Source: Octopus bimaculoides (taxonomy: Eukaryota). From it: a stretch of 58,173 nt of DNA. The translations under genes were made by a program, and so were the position numbers. Shown piece after piece: positions 36,802-49,400 of this stretch (positions are counted from its first letter, which is position 1; each line of letters begins with the position of its first letter). The notes under the pieces were generated by a model. The model worked only from the letters and a program-made list of their open reading frames with translations, made no database searches and was not told the origin of the DNA. The stretch is taken from NCBI RefSeq assembly GCF_001194135.2, contig NC_068981.1:156714406-156772578 (forward strand). Direction: 5' to 3'.

Positions 36802-37401
36802 GTAAGATAGTATTTCATTCTTATTTTTACTGCCCATAAAGCCGGTGGACAGCGGATCTTCCAGAAACAGCACTGAACCGGCTAAGAGTTTTTAATTTTC
36901 ACATCATAAAATTACTACCAGCTTTTCTTTCATTTTAACAGTAATCTTTATTTGTTGAAGGGTGTTTCTCTTGATCAAATGCCAATCAGTTGAGGCAAAG
37001 TCTCTCAGTGGTATTTGTGCTAAATAAATATTTGGGCCAGTTATTTAGATTACAAATATTAAGGAAGCTTATCTGCAGAGGAAGAGAATATGATGTTATG
37101 TGAAGTTTTGATATTCAGTGACGTAAATGAAATAGAATCGTTACTACTTGCAATCGAAATCAGTTCTCGTACTCTGTTACCTCTCTCTTTCTGTCCTGAT
37201 TTCCCCAAAATGCTAACTGGTATCACGTATGAAAGAATGAACCTTGATAAGAGATACGTGTTAATGAATGAAATAAATATTTATAATTAATGATGCTGAT
37301 TTTAAGGTTGAAATGTAAGAAATGTAGAACTGGATAATCATACAAGTACCCCATGGTTCTAACTTTTCACTGGAAAAACCATCTTTGAAATCACACAAAG
37401 A

Positions 37402-37432
<31 letters not shown>

Positions 37433-37824
37433 GCGTGTGTGTGCGTATTCGCTACCACTGATTATCTTCAGGAGCGGAAGAAAATGATTGCTAAAAGGGG
37501 CTAATCACCAAAGCAAGTGTACAATGTTTATGAAATTGTGAAACTGGTCTTTTTCTCAAAGTCTATGATATCATTTCTTGTGAAAGAAAATAAGAACTAG
37601 GCTTTGAGGCTTCCAAAATTTCTCTGACGCTTTTTCGAGAAAAATACTATTGATGAATCTCTCAATTACCTACTTGTCAATCACCCGAAATATCCCATGC
37701 TTCCCTAAGTTCAATCTACCTATGATTTGACGTCCAAATAGGTTTGACAAATGAAGATAATAGCTTCTACACTAAAAACACCTAGAGGGTGAAAATAATT
37801 ATTGAATTTTCTGTCGTTTAATAG

Positions 37825-38024
37825 GAGATTTCAAATACTGGAAATCGTTGAAAATAAAACGTTCTTGGTATGCTGAAGACGAGGTTGTGGAAGAAGCAGA
37901 TGTAGAAATGAGCGCTTACGTCTTATTGGCATATGCTAAAAGAAACGAAGTTGAAAAGGGATTACCGATTTTGAGGTGGCTGGTCAAAATGCGTTCGTCC
38001 TTAGGCGGTTATGATTCAACTCAG
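37825..38024 (+). CDS. TEP: TEP exon 23 (DFKYW...VEMSAYVLLA...RWL...GGYDSTQ)
   Basis: VEMxAY.LL and GG(F/Y).STQ motifs; atag/gtaagc boundaries. Confidence 0.96.
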
Positions 38025-38784
38025 GTAAGCATGCATACAATTCCACCCCCTCTCTCTGTATATATATATATATATATATAAAGAATAAGAAGTTTAGAAT
38101 GGTGCAACAATGCACTATAGAACAAAAAATGGACTATATACCTGTTGTAATTTGGTTATCTATAGTACGATGATATTTCGGAATTACAATTCCTTCTTCA
38201 GATCTTCTTTGCTGGAGTCTCTGCTATAGCAGTTTATATATANNNNNNNNNNCACTGCAGTTAAAAATTCTTTCTTATGGGAGAAAAAATTTTCTTTTAT
38301 AGTAAAAACACCATATTGCCCAGTACTTCCTTCTGATTCCAAGACGTGCGTTTGTGGGTCTCTAAATTTCCTGAATTGGGAATACCAAAGTGAGATAACG
38401 CTGGGGAGATTTAAAGCCGTAGCTTTAACTTTAAAAAAAGCAGTCAATATAAGTGACGCCGACCATTTTGTCCAATGTACAGAGAGTGGCAAATCGAGCA
38501 GAGGATGTATTAAAATCAAACCACTCCAGGTGCAGTTCAGTGAGCTAGTAGCGTGGAAGGAGCGATTGTGGGTACCTATGTATACGGTGGTGTCAGAGTG
38601 GTGTCAGAGAGAAACGGAAAGATACGGCAGTGTGTGCTAGAGGAAAGGAAGGACCCAGGTTAAGTGCCGTGAGTGGAGAAAGGGCTACAGGCTAGTAGGT
38701 CACTTAGGTTGCGGATAAATTTGGAAGAAGGAATAAACGGGTTGGGGAAGTTATAGAATGTGGAGGGGTCGGATACGCAAAATA

Positions 38785-38829
<45 letters not shown>

Positions 38830-39165
38830 AATATTATTAGGGATAAAAATCCAAATTTACAGGTTAAAAAAAAATCAAATTCAATTTATTAAAAATTAAA
38901 ATTAGATTAAGTTTCACAGTATAAAATATAAATATATAGTTGTAGGGGAAAAAGCCAAGGTTCATGAACTCACCGATGAAAATCCACTGTCACATATAGA
39001 AAAAAAATATAATATAATACAAGGTAAATATCATAAGATAATGATAATAAAACGACTACACGTGTTTCATAACCAAATTTTCAAATAGAAAAAATATTTA
39101 AATCGATTAAAACTATCAAAAATCAATTCTATTCAAAAATATAGCTAATCTTCAGTTCAAAATAC

Positions 39166-39196
<31 letters not shown>

Positions 39197-40500
39197 GAAT
39201 GTATATATCAACGAACAATAAATAACAAATGAATGCATATAAAATACTTATTATATTAAGATATTATTAAAACCCATATATGTGCTATATTTGTTGTGGC
39301 GAAGTGTGTGTGTGCACCTGTGAATGCGTGTGTGTGTATATGTTATTTTTGTGTATGGTGCATGCATATGTTTGGGTGTATTATTGTGTTTCATTTCTAG
39401 TTTGTGCAATGTGTGTGTATACGTGTGGGTGTGTTTGTGTGAGTGTATCTGTGTGTCTTGTATTTGTCAGGGCAGCGTGTGTTATTGTACATATCTGTGA
39501 GTGTTTGTGTGTGCACGTATGTGTGTATATATGCGTGTATAGGGTGGGTTGTGTTGTATTTGCGTGTTTGTGTGTGTACCTGTGTATGTGAGGGTGTTTG
39601 TGTGAGTGTGTCTTGTAATTGTCAGGGCGGTGTGCGTAGATGTGTGCATGCACGTGTTTACATGTGTGTGTGTGAGTGAGTGTTGGTTGTGATTGCTAGA
39701 ATCATATTGCATGTGTATATATGTGTGTGTGTTCTTTCTTGGAGTGTGTGTGGGTTTGTGCTAGAGCGTGGGGATATTGTTTGTCCGTGTGTGTGTGTAT
39801 GTGTGTTTGTGTGGGAGGTTTGCATTGTATTTGCGTGTGTGTTTGTTGTGGATTTGTACCAGGGGGTATGTTAGAGTATGTTGAGTTGTGGTCTGTATTT
39901 TTGAATAAGTATATTTTCCTTATTTATCCGTGTTTGGTCAGTAGTGTTGTCTGGGCATTGGTACAGTGGGAAAACTAGGAATTTGGGGGACTTGTTTTGT
40001 GCACAGAGGTTTAAGTGGCCACTAAGTGGTATCTGTCTTGTGGTGGAATCCATCAATTGTTGGCAGTGGACTGTCATCCTATCTTTGAGGGTTTGACTAG
40101 TCTACCCTATGTAGTCTTTGTGGCACCTTTCACACCTAATGGCATAAAGTAAATTTTTTGATGCGTTGATGAAGTTATTTTTTACGACAAAAGTGTGTCC
40201 TGATTGGAATTTATATATTGTTCCTTCAATGAGGTGGATGCAGGTCCTGCAGTTAGAGCGACCAAATTTTTTAATGGTGGGTGTTGGGCTTGTGTTGAGT
40301 AATTTTGCATTGGTGAGTAAGTTTTTTTAGGGATTTGGCTTGTCTCTTGCTTTTTATTATTTTATGGGTTTCGAGTGCTTTTTTTAAACGTGAGTCTTGA
40401 CACTGAAGTGGAATGTTCTTGTATATAATCGTGCAGGCTTCTGTATTTCTTGGATTGTGTGTTGAGAGATATGGGAGACTATTTAACAACAAAGGCTTCA
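38830..40500 (-). mobile_element. Penelope-like element (Neptune-like) 3' part: GIY-YIG endonuclease, CA-rich tail and terminal repeat
   Basis: Minus strand C.TC.HLIEG..YKFQSG...NLLYAIRCERCHKDYIG*TSQTLKDRMTVH.QQ...R.IPLSGH...CAQ...RINKE.ILIQKYRPQLN (stop at about 39871). Confidence 0.85.
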
Positions 40501-40604
40501 CAAAGCCTTACATTTTATTTTTGAAAATCTATTATTAAAAAGTGAAACCGGTCAAGTCAATAAACATCTTTAAAAGACCTGCATTTTCAAATCCTCTCTC
40601 CCCC

Positions 40605-40640
<36 letters not shown>

Positions 40641-40828
40641 TGTATGTATGTATTATGTATGTATGTATGTATGTATGTATGTATGTATATATAATGATGG
40701 ACTCCCTCATCAGTTTCAGCGTATGAGTATCCGACAACCCACACTTTGTCAGTCATGTATGTATGTATGTATGTATGTATGTACGTTCGTACATAATACA
40801 TAAATACATACATACATGCATACATACA

Positions 40829-40859
<31 letters not shown>

Positions 40860-41477
40860 GTGTGCTTGTGTGTCTATCAGTGTTCTTTACCATATGAGTT
40901 CGAATTTCGTCGAGGACATCTTTGTTTTCCAGGCTTCAGATGACAGTAAAAATAAAGTATCCATTCAGTTTGCTGGATTGACCGAATCGCTAGAGCATTG
41001 AATAGAATGCATTTCGGTATTCGTCTCAAACATTTACGTTCTGAGTTACCATATATGTTTGGTGAATTCGTTAATATCTTAGCTAATGGAAATGTCTCTT
41101 TCAATGAACACACACACACACACACACGTACCATGTTTCAGTGCAGTTTCCATCTACAAAATCCACTTACAGAGTATTGGTCAATCTGGAGTTATACCTG
41201 GACACTCGCCTATTGTGTTGCACTGTGAAGACATATATAACAAACTCTAACATTGTAAAGAATATTTCCATGTAAATCACTACGTTTGGACTTTAGGTTA
41301 TTTTAAAGCTTTTTTAAATACGTATTCTTTTAGTTTTGCTGACGTTAACTTCATTGGAATGTAAATTTCCTCCATGCTTCAATTTCTGATTTTTGTTTCA
41401 AAAATATTTGTTATTCAATAAATATTCAACTCTGCACATGTTCTACAATTCTGTTTCCATTTTATTGTTTTCTTTAG

Positions 41478-41636
41478 AGCACAGTCATTGCCCTTCAAGC
41501 TCTAGCGCAGTTTGCACCCATGATTAATAGCTGTTGTGACCAAAGCGTAACAATACAAGTGGTAGATAACACTGGCTACAGTTACTCATTCCCAACTGTT
41601 ACCTCCGAAACCAACACAATCCTGTACAAACATGTG
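41478..41636 (+). CDS. TEP: TEP exon 24 (STVIALQALAQF...ILYKHV)
   Basis: (D/S)TVIALQAL motif; tttag/gtaagc boundaries. Confidence 0.95.
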
Positions 41637-43066
41637 GTAAGCTGTCATTTAAACTTGTTTAGTTTACAAATGTATTTATTATAATCACATTTTTTAGCAT
41701 TAATTCAAATTCTAAAAGTTATTAATCGACTTATGACTTTATTCTACACCACCTCTCTTCATTTTATTCTACACTAACTCACCTCACTTCATTGTATACT
41801 CTTACTTGACTTCATTCGGCACTGTCTTAATACATTCTACATTGCTTCACTTAACCTTATTCTGCAGTATCTCATTTTACACATAGCTGTCGATACTAGA
41901 TTTTTCTGGTACCAACATAACCCATAAATCGATCTATCTCATCTCAAATGATCAAACTTTATTTATTATGCAAGTTCAAGGGATCAGCATGTATCGGGTC
42001 ATGAGAGTTACGAGTGTGTTAACCAATATATCAGTTACCGGTTCACATTTTATCTGTAGCGCTGTACTGTGACGAACAAGGAATCATTTAAATCTCACTA
42101 GTCTTGATGTAGCGGTACATACAGATCTCATAGTTCAGAAATTTTTCGATTATAGGTGATGCAAAGGCAATTTACGCGAGATTTAAGCGTAAGGCCGAGA
42201 ACTTGTAAAACAATATGCCCAACCAATATCTTTCGAGTCCATACTTTTTCCGAGCCATTCCCCGTCTGATTTTAGCTTAACAGATCAAAGAAATATTAAC
42301 ATCCTGTTTTAGCCATTCTTGATAAATGTCTTAGTTTTACCAGTGAAATCAGCTTTTATACAATTTACAATAGTTGTATAATCTTCCACTCAAACAATTT
42401 TATTTACTCTTTATTTTATTTATTACTTAAACGTCTACTACAAAGCTTAAATGATATTTCGAAGAAGGAAAAACAGGGAAAAATTGCATAATTTTCATAA
42501 CTTGATATAGCAATATTTTCTTGCTCCAGATAACTCACATCTCAAACCAAGCAAAAAGAATAAGAGAATAAACATTTTAAATATTATATTGTTTAAACCC
42601 TAGAAAATACACTATTGAGGATTGAACTTCGAGACGATCGTATGCATATGGCAGTGGAAAAAGCAATACTGGAACAGTTATAACCAAAACTATTGAAAAT
42701 ATAGAGCTAAAGATACAGAAAAAAAATAGTATTAATTGCAATGAAGAGCCATGTCAGGAAAACAAATACTCCTAGAATACCGGATGGGTTGCTAAAAGGG
42801 GCTTTGATTCTTCAACATTTGAGAAAAATTGTCTCTCGCCTGATGTTAAAGAAATTTACGGAAGTGCCATGCTGCATGTCACCAGCAGTGACCAGTAGTG
42901 TGTGTATATAGGAGTAAATGTAAGGATACGCAAGTTAGGAAAGTCGATATAAAAAAAAATATTAATACATTTAATACAAAAAAAATGTATATATGTTTAC
43001 ATATAAAAAGGTCTGACTGACACAAAATATCAAGAATTAAAGGGGTTGACTTGTCTCTAATCTATA

Positions 43067-43113
<47 letters not shown>

Positions 43114-43526
43114 CATACACATATATATATATGTATGTGTGTATATGTCTGTGGGTAGGTGTAAATACATACACTTTCACACACATAAGTATAATAAATA
43201 TATATACATACATTGAGTTAAAAAAAGCTGGGGGGGTTTTTTTGTATCGGTAAGTCTCTTAACTCAAAATGTACGCCACGCTATTATTTCTAACTTTATA
43301 TGTTTCGAGATCCGCTATTCCAAAATAAATTATTTCATGTCCTCTCGAAGTTTAAAATTTCTCACCACACCAAATTAGCAAATCGGCTTCACATATCGAA
43401 ATATACAAGTTACCAACATTAAAACATATAGAGAACTTATATCATGTTGAATTGTATTGAGTTGAACCAGTTTCAGTTCACGAGCTGTGACCATGCTACA
43501 GCACCGCCATTATATAAAATTATTTG

Positions 43527-43705
43527 ACGTGGCAGTGTGGTAAGAAGTTTGCTTCCCAACCACATGGTTCTGGGTTCAGTCCCACTGAGTGGCAACTTGG
43601 GCAAGTGATTTCTACCATAGCCTCGGGCTGACCAAAGCCTTGTGAGTGGATTTGGTAGACAGAAACTGAAAGAAGCCCATCGTATATATATATATATATA
43701 TATAT
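43527..43705 (+). mobile_element. SINE family B, 5' part (runs into gap)
   Basis: GTGGCAGTGTGGTAAGAAG...GGGTTCAGTCCC...TTGGGCAAGTG...GGATTTGGTAGACAGAAACTGAAAGAAGCC. Confidence 0.85.
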
Positions 43706-44102
43706 NNNNNNNNNNNNNNNNNNNNNNNNNNNNNNNNNNNNNNNNNNNNNNNNNNNNNNNNNNNNNNNNNNNNNNNNNNNNNNNNNNNNNNNNNNNNNNN
43801 NNNNNNNNNNNNNNNNNNNNNNNNNNNNNNNNNNNNNNNNNNNNNNNNNNNNNNNNNNNNNNNNNNNNNNNNNNNNNNNNNNNNNNNNNNNNNNNNNNNN
43901 NNNNNNNNNNNNNNNNNNNNNNNNNNNNNNNNNNNNNNNNNNNNNNNNNNNNNNNNNNNNNNNNNNNNNNNNNNNNNNNNNNNNNNNNNNNNNNNNNNNN
44001 NNNNNNNNNNNNNNNNNNNNNNNNNNNNNNNNNNNNNNNNNNNNNNNNNNNNNNNNNNNNNNNNNNNNNNNNNNNNNNNNNNNNNNNNNNNNNNNNNNNN
44101 NN
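43706..44102. other. Assembly gap (others at 27260-27389, 31427-31761, 34712-35210, 38243-38252, 57218-57594)
   Basis: Runs of N, mostly flanked by (TA)n or (CA)n microsatellites. Confidence 0.99.
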
Positions 44103-44163
44103 GCCACCAGATACCACATCTATAACGTTTAAAGGAGAGGGAAAAGGTTTTGTTCTTGTGCAA
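44101..44163 (+). CDS. TEP: TEP exon 25 (xPPDTTSITFKGEGKGFVLVQ); acceptor and first bases lost in assembly gap
   Basis: Matches the LP....V....GxG..LVQ motif; gtatgt donor; sequence resumes at 44103. Start 44101 is inferred. Confidence 0.85.
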
Positions 44164-44938
44164 GTATGTTTAAGTCCATTAACCTCTTAACATATTCATT
44201 TTTTGTTTAAAATTTCCATGCAAAAATTATAATTTCCTTTTATTATTTATTTTGAATCTGTATATAAGGAAGTATAAGTACACAAAGTATTTTGAATCAG
44301 TTATGATTTATTATGAAGTTAGAAATGATAGTTACTGATACTTCATGATAGTTACTGATAGTTAATGATAGAAAACAGAAATAACATCATGAACGAAGTA
44401 TTTCGAGTTGGAAATAAGTGACAGATACCTCAGAGTACACTGAACGTATATTTTCGTTCAAATATAGGTTTACTAAAGATCTCTGAACGAAAACATACAG
44501 CATAATATGTTTAGAGATTGAATAATAAACATTGATTATTTGCTTTACCCTGCAGAAAGTTTATGATTTATATCGATGGGAAAGGAGATTCTAAGCTTGC
44601 CTTGAATGCATTATTGACATTAGTAAAGTGTATGTAAAATTCATATATAGAAATTTAAATTGTGTTGAACATTTAAGATTTCTAATTCTATAATCATTGC
44701 TTAACCGTACAATTTAATTATTTAGGGGATTAACGAAAATGTGAAGTGTAACGTTCGTATATATTATCAAGTGCAGAAGCAGCTTATCTAACCTTTAAGC
44801 ATTTAAGCAGGTTATATGAGACCAAAATATTCTGCGTGTTTTATGTTCAAAATGGCCCACATGCTGCCTCTCACAGCTACCATACATTGTCATTCTAAAA
44901 ACAAGCAATCTTATCAAAGCTACTTGCTAATAAATGAT

Positions 44939-45326
44939 TGGCTGTGTGGTAAGTAGCTTGCTTACCAACCACATGGTCCCGGGTTCAGTCCCACTACGTG
45001 GCATTTTGGGCAAGTGTCTTCTACTATATCCTCGGTCGACCAAAGCCTTGTGAGTGGATTTGGTAGACGGAAACTGAAAGAAGCCCGTCGTATATGTATG
45101 TGTGTGTATATGTTTGTATGTCTCTGCTTGTCCCCCCCCCCCCAACATCGCTTGACAACCGATGCTGATGTGTTTACGTCCCCGTAACTTAGCAGTGACC
45201 GATAGAATAAGTATTAGGCTTACAAAGAATAAGTCCTGGGGTCGATTTGTTCGACTAAAGGTGGTGCTCCAGCATGGCCGCAGTCAAATGACTGATACAA
45301 GTAAAAGAGTAAAAGAGTAAAGAGTA
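44939..45326 (+). mobile_element. SINE family B, full length
   Basis: tRNA-like head TGGCTGTGTGG / GGGTTCAGTCCC; CORE-like TTGGGCAAGTG; internal (TA/TG)n; tail (GTAAAAGA)n. Confidence 0.9.
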
Positions 45327-46168
45327 ATTCAAAACAATGTGATTAAATAAGCATTTGAAAGAGTAATCTGAACGCTAAAATGTTAAAGTAAAATTAGCTG
45401 GAGACTGAAATTGCGTGTGCTCATAACAATATGAACTTAACTTTATTCTCTAGTACTAGAAAATATAGACACTGACTTTTTAAACTGAATATATCAGAGC
45501 AAGGCGCGTGCACACAAACACACACTTTGTAAACAGTAAGAGAGACTAGAAATATAAGTTAGAATGTTTATTTGCTGCAGTTGTTTAACTCTATGCCATA
45601 TGATCGAAGGCGTCTTACACCTGACCTTGCCTCTTGTTAACATAGTGCATCTAGGACTATATTATCCAGTGTATACTTCTCTTCTATTGAACATAGATTT
45701 GGCTACTGTTTCTGGCAGTTCTAGCGATACATAGGAACACCTTTGTTGGTCAGTTTAGAGTTCAATTAAAATATAGTGACATTTACTTTAGCAAATCCTT
45801 TTTTCATTACGATCGACATTGCATTAAGATTCAGTAGAGAGCGTAAAAATAGGAAACTAAACATCATTTGGTATTTTGCTTGGTATTCAACCACGAGCCC
45901 TCGCTTAATATTACTTTCTAACATAAGGCAGCATATATTATAAAGATACACGATATAGTCGATTGAATCTGACTCTGTACATACTTGGTACTTAACATAA
46001 CCGATGAATGACAAGTTAAGCCTTGAAAATTCAAAATCATTTCAGACAACTAAATAGCATGAAGTATTTAGTCTAACACGAATTGTGTTTCTGCATTTCC
46101 ACCACCTTTACAGAGCCTTTTTATTCAGTTGAATATAGCAGAAACATCAATTATGATTTTTATTACAG

Positions 46169-46281
46169 ACTTCATGGCAGTATAATGTTCTGAAAGAGGA
46201 AGAATCGAAATCTAATATTGTATCTACAGTTGAAGCTAATTGTACAAGTAGCCAGAAATTCAGTTTACAAATATGCAGCAC
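46169..46281 (+). CDS. TEP: TEP exon 26 (TSWQYNV...FSLQICST)
   Basis: tacag/gtatgt boundaries; YNV and L.IC motifs at the start of MG8. Confidence 0.92.
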
Positions 46282-46384
46282 GTATGTGATATTTTTTAAA
46301 TTTAAACTTTAATTATAAATCTGTGAACAAACTGTTTCTCAGGGACAGCATTTTTTCTTAAATATCTTTCCTTTTGATAATATA

Positions 46385-47659
46385 CGAGGGGTGTCTGAAA
46401 AGTCTTGAGCCTCAAAACAACAAAACATAGTACAAGACTTCTGATGATTTATTTTTCAACATAGTCCCCCTCGATGGCTGAACAGTTTCTCCAGCGGTGC
46501 TGAAGCGCATTATCCCTGCGTAGAAGAACTCCTTTTGTTTGGGACTCCAAGAAACTTCCTACAGCGTCTATGACGTCATTGTCACTGGCAAAATGGCGAC
46601 CAGCCAGTTTTTTTTCATTTTTGGAAATAGATGAAAGTCAGAGGGGGCTAAGTCTGGCGAATAAGGCGGATGAGGAACAAGTTCGTATCCATAATCACGA
46701 ATTGTTGCCATAGCAACCACTGAGGTGTGGGCTGGAGCATTGTCGTAATGAAAAAAGACTCCTCTGGTGAGCATTCCCGGCCTTTTTTCTTTGATTGCTT
46801 CTCGGAGGCGCTTCAGTAGCTGAGAATAATACAGCCCTGTCACGGTGTGACCCTTTTCAAAGTAATCGATCAGCAAGACACCTTGAGAATCCCCAAAAAC
46901 TGACGCCATGACTTTGCCAGCTAAAGGAATGACCCTGGCCTTCTTTGGGGTAGGAGAAGATGTGTGCGTCCACTGCTTTGATTGTTCTTTGGTTTCAGGC
47001 TGGTAGTGATGGACCCAACTTTCGTCCATAGTAATGAAACAAGCAAGAAAATTCTCTTCATCAGCTTTAAACAGAACCAGATTGCTCGTGGACAAAGTGC
47101 ACCTGGTGCGTTTCTGTTAAGAAGTCAAAAGGCGAGGGACCCACCATGCAGAAACCTTTGAGAACCCAAGTTCTTTTGTCACAATGTTGTCTGCACTTTC
47201 AGTTGAGATGCCCAGTCTCTCGGCGATCTGACGACATGATATTCGGCGATCTTGCATTATCATACCAAGAGCAAGGTCAAGGTTGTCCTTGGTGGCTGCA
47301 GTTGGAGGTCTCCCTGGTCTTGGATCATCTTCCACAATCTCCCTGCCACGCTTGAATTCATTTACCCAGCGTTTGACTGTTGCATATGAAGAAGCATTGT
47401 CTGTTAAGGTTCTCACCATATCTTCATGGATTTCTGATGGAGTCATGCCTTTCAAATGAAGGTACATTTTGATAGCACGATACTCAGTTTTCTCCATTTT
47501 CCTTGTAAATTCGAAGCTTGTTTATTCAGAAATCTGCAACAAAAAAAATTAAAATATCGGAATCATGAAAATGAGCAAGAATACTCCGAAAAGACTGTAC
47601 TTACCAGAAAAAATTGTTTCAACTATATAGCAGGCTCAAAACTTTTCAGACACCTCTCG
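46385..47659 (-). mobile_element. Full-length DD34D mariner (irritans/Hsmar2-like), 1,275 bp, transposase pseudogenised by one in-frame stop and one frameshift
   Basis: 28-bp TIRs with 2 mismatches (CGAGGGGTGTCTGAAAAGTCTTGAGCCT); TA on both flanks; motifs WVPRLL, TMDESW, DNAPAH, YSPDLAPSD with 34-aa D-D spacing. Confidence 0.96.
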
Positions 47660-47880
47660 TATAAATGCCTAAATTAAACATGTATTTATAACGTATCTAT
47701 AACGGTTTTTTATTAATTAGATAACATTATCATCACTACATTTATAATCTTTTCTGGAAATTAACATTTGAAATAAAAAAAAATATCTTCGGTAAACAAG
47801 TTTAAATAATATTGTTCCATCATTACTCACCATAAAGAATAACCTTAGATTCATTATCTTTCATTTCTCTCTATTTCTAG

Positions 47881-48028
47881 TTGGTTGGCGAATGAAACAT
47901 CAGGAATGGGCTTGATCGAAATTCAGTTGCCCACGGGTTATGTTATTGATACTGGAAAATATCTGCTTTTAACATTTGTGAAACGCATTGAATTAGATGA
48001 CTCGAAAGTTAATATCTATCTTGAAGAA
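47881..48028 (+). CDS. TEP: TEP exon 27 (WLANETSGMGLIEIQLPTGY...NIYLEE)
   Basis: SGM...E..LP(S/T)G and IYL motifs of the A2M receptor-binding/MG8 domain. Confidence 0.95.
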
Positions 48029-48429
48029 GTAAGTGTTATTTGTATTCGTGATCAAAGGGCCTGGTCCCATACTGTAAAAAGGCGTGCTGCTTATTTAATT
48101 GGTTTGCAGAGTTAAGTTCATAGTTAAGGCGCGAAGTGTCGGATACCATTGATATTGTTTTGTCATGTCTTTTCTGTATGTCTAAACGTACCAATATAGT
48201 AGATAAGTTTACCGTCCCCCAGAGAGAAAGATAGAAGTGACTTCGTTTTCTTCTTTAACTATTAATACTGCTCATTCTATGGATGGCTTGACAAGCACAA
48301 TCGACCTCGGCAAAATTTAAAATGCAAGACTTTGGATCAAAATTGCATAAATGTACTGTTTTCTTGATATTTTCGTGCATTGCTTTACGTTTTGTATAAC
48401 AACAACCAGTTGAAAATATTTAGTACTAC

Positions 48430-48944
48430 AGAACTGGATGCAGATACAACTGTTACGGCAAAACAATCATCCACCTTTTATATATGGATGACCTAAAACT
48501 GTACGCTACAAATGATAAACAGCTGGAAACATTACTACAGGCCGGATATAGTTATCAGAGATCAGCAAGAAAGAAAATGCTTTCTAATCAATGTATCAAT
48601 ACCAACAGATGAAAACGTTTCTCTAAAAGAAATGGAGAAACTTTCAAAATGCAAAGACCTGGAAATAGAGGTAACTCGACTGTGGAATCTAAAGACAGAA
48701 ACAATTCCTATCATAATAGGCGCATTAGGTAAAAAATATTCAGACAAATACATAACAAAAACAGCAGGACTAACAAGTATATATAACATGCAGAAAATAG
48801 GACTACTAGGCACCGCACACATCCTACGCAAAATACTTTCAATACCGTAACAATAAGAGCATCACAACAAACCACAGCACATGCCCAAGACACACAGAGC
48901 TGCGCTCGATAGTGCAGTAAAAGCACGTGATAAAAATAAGAATA

Positions 48945-48981
<37 letters not shown>
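48430..48981 (+). mobile_element. R4/Dong-like RLE non-LTR element, internally deleted, ending in (TAA)n
   Basis: HLLYMDDLKLY (48481) joined directly to RPDIVIRD...CFLINVSIPTD...KE.EK..K.KDLEIE..RLW...IPIIIGALG; (TAA)n at 48949-48981. Confidence 0.85.
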
Positions 48982-48984
<3 letters not shown>

Positions 48985-49400
48985 GCCCGGATGCAGTACC
49001 AGGCAGTGGCTCTCATGGCTTCTGATCTTAATTGATTGGAAGTGTTATTATGTACATTGTTTTGTCTTGATATAAAAGATGGGCTACAACAAATATTCTG
49101 CTTAATACCACAGATTTGCTTGTCAGTTGTTTGACCTTAACCAGTTGAGCATGTCCCTTGGTGGCTGATGTTATGTGCATCTCTGATCATGAGCAGAAAT
49201 AGTGGGGGAGCATCATAGCCATGTGTTGAGAGGAATTCTTTGGGGTTTGAATAATTCACCTTTGGAAACATGGGTGTTTTGCTCAACATCCTTAAACTAA
49301 CCTTATTCAGGGACCTTTTGAGTGGGATGGGCTACTCGACCTGAAGAAAATTCTAACTGGGCCCCACCTGCAAGGTCATGCGCTGTTTATCTTTGATCAA
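48982..49400. repeat. Probable interspersed repeat of unassigned family
   Basis: GC-richer block abutting the (TAA)n run. It resembles a common octopus repeat from memory, but no second copy is present in the window. Confidence 0.4.

Noticed and set aside
38970-39000. CCGATGA...GAAA hammerhead-like string on plus strand
   Set aside because: No stem III or cleavage triplet can be formed.
39280-39874. Cys/Val-rich and His/Thr-rich ORFs (also at 2078-2451, 9525-9854, 40604-40849)
   Set aside because: Translations of (TG)n, (TA)n and (TATG)n low-complexity DNA.
40700-40720. CTGATGAG on minus strand inside a microsatellite block
   Set aside because: No downstream GAAA or helices.
42146-42178. 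33-nt AG...GTAAG micro-exon candidate (VMQRQFTRDLS)
   Set aside because: Not needed for the domain alignment and has no family similarity.
42640-42720. GSGKS Walker-A-like peptide
   Set aside because: Short frame with no further NTPase motifs.
44556-44622. Exon-like segment after CTGCAG (KFMIYIDGKGDSKLALNALLTL)
   Set aside because: Phase is incompatible with exon 24, and the true motif-matching exon is at 44101-44163.
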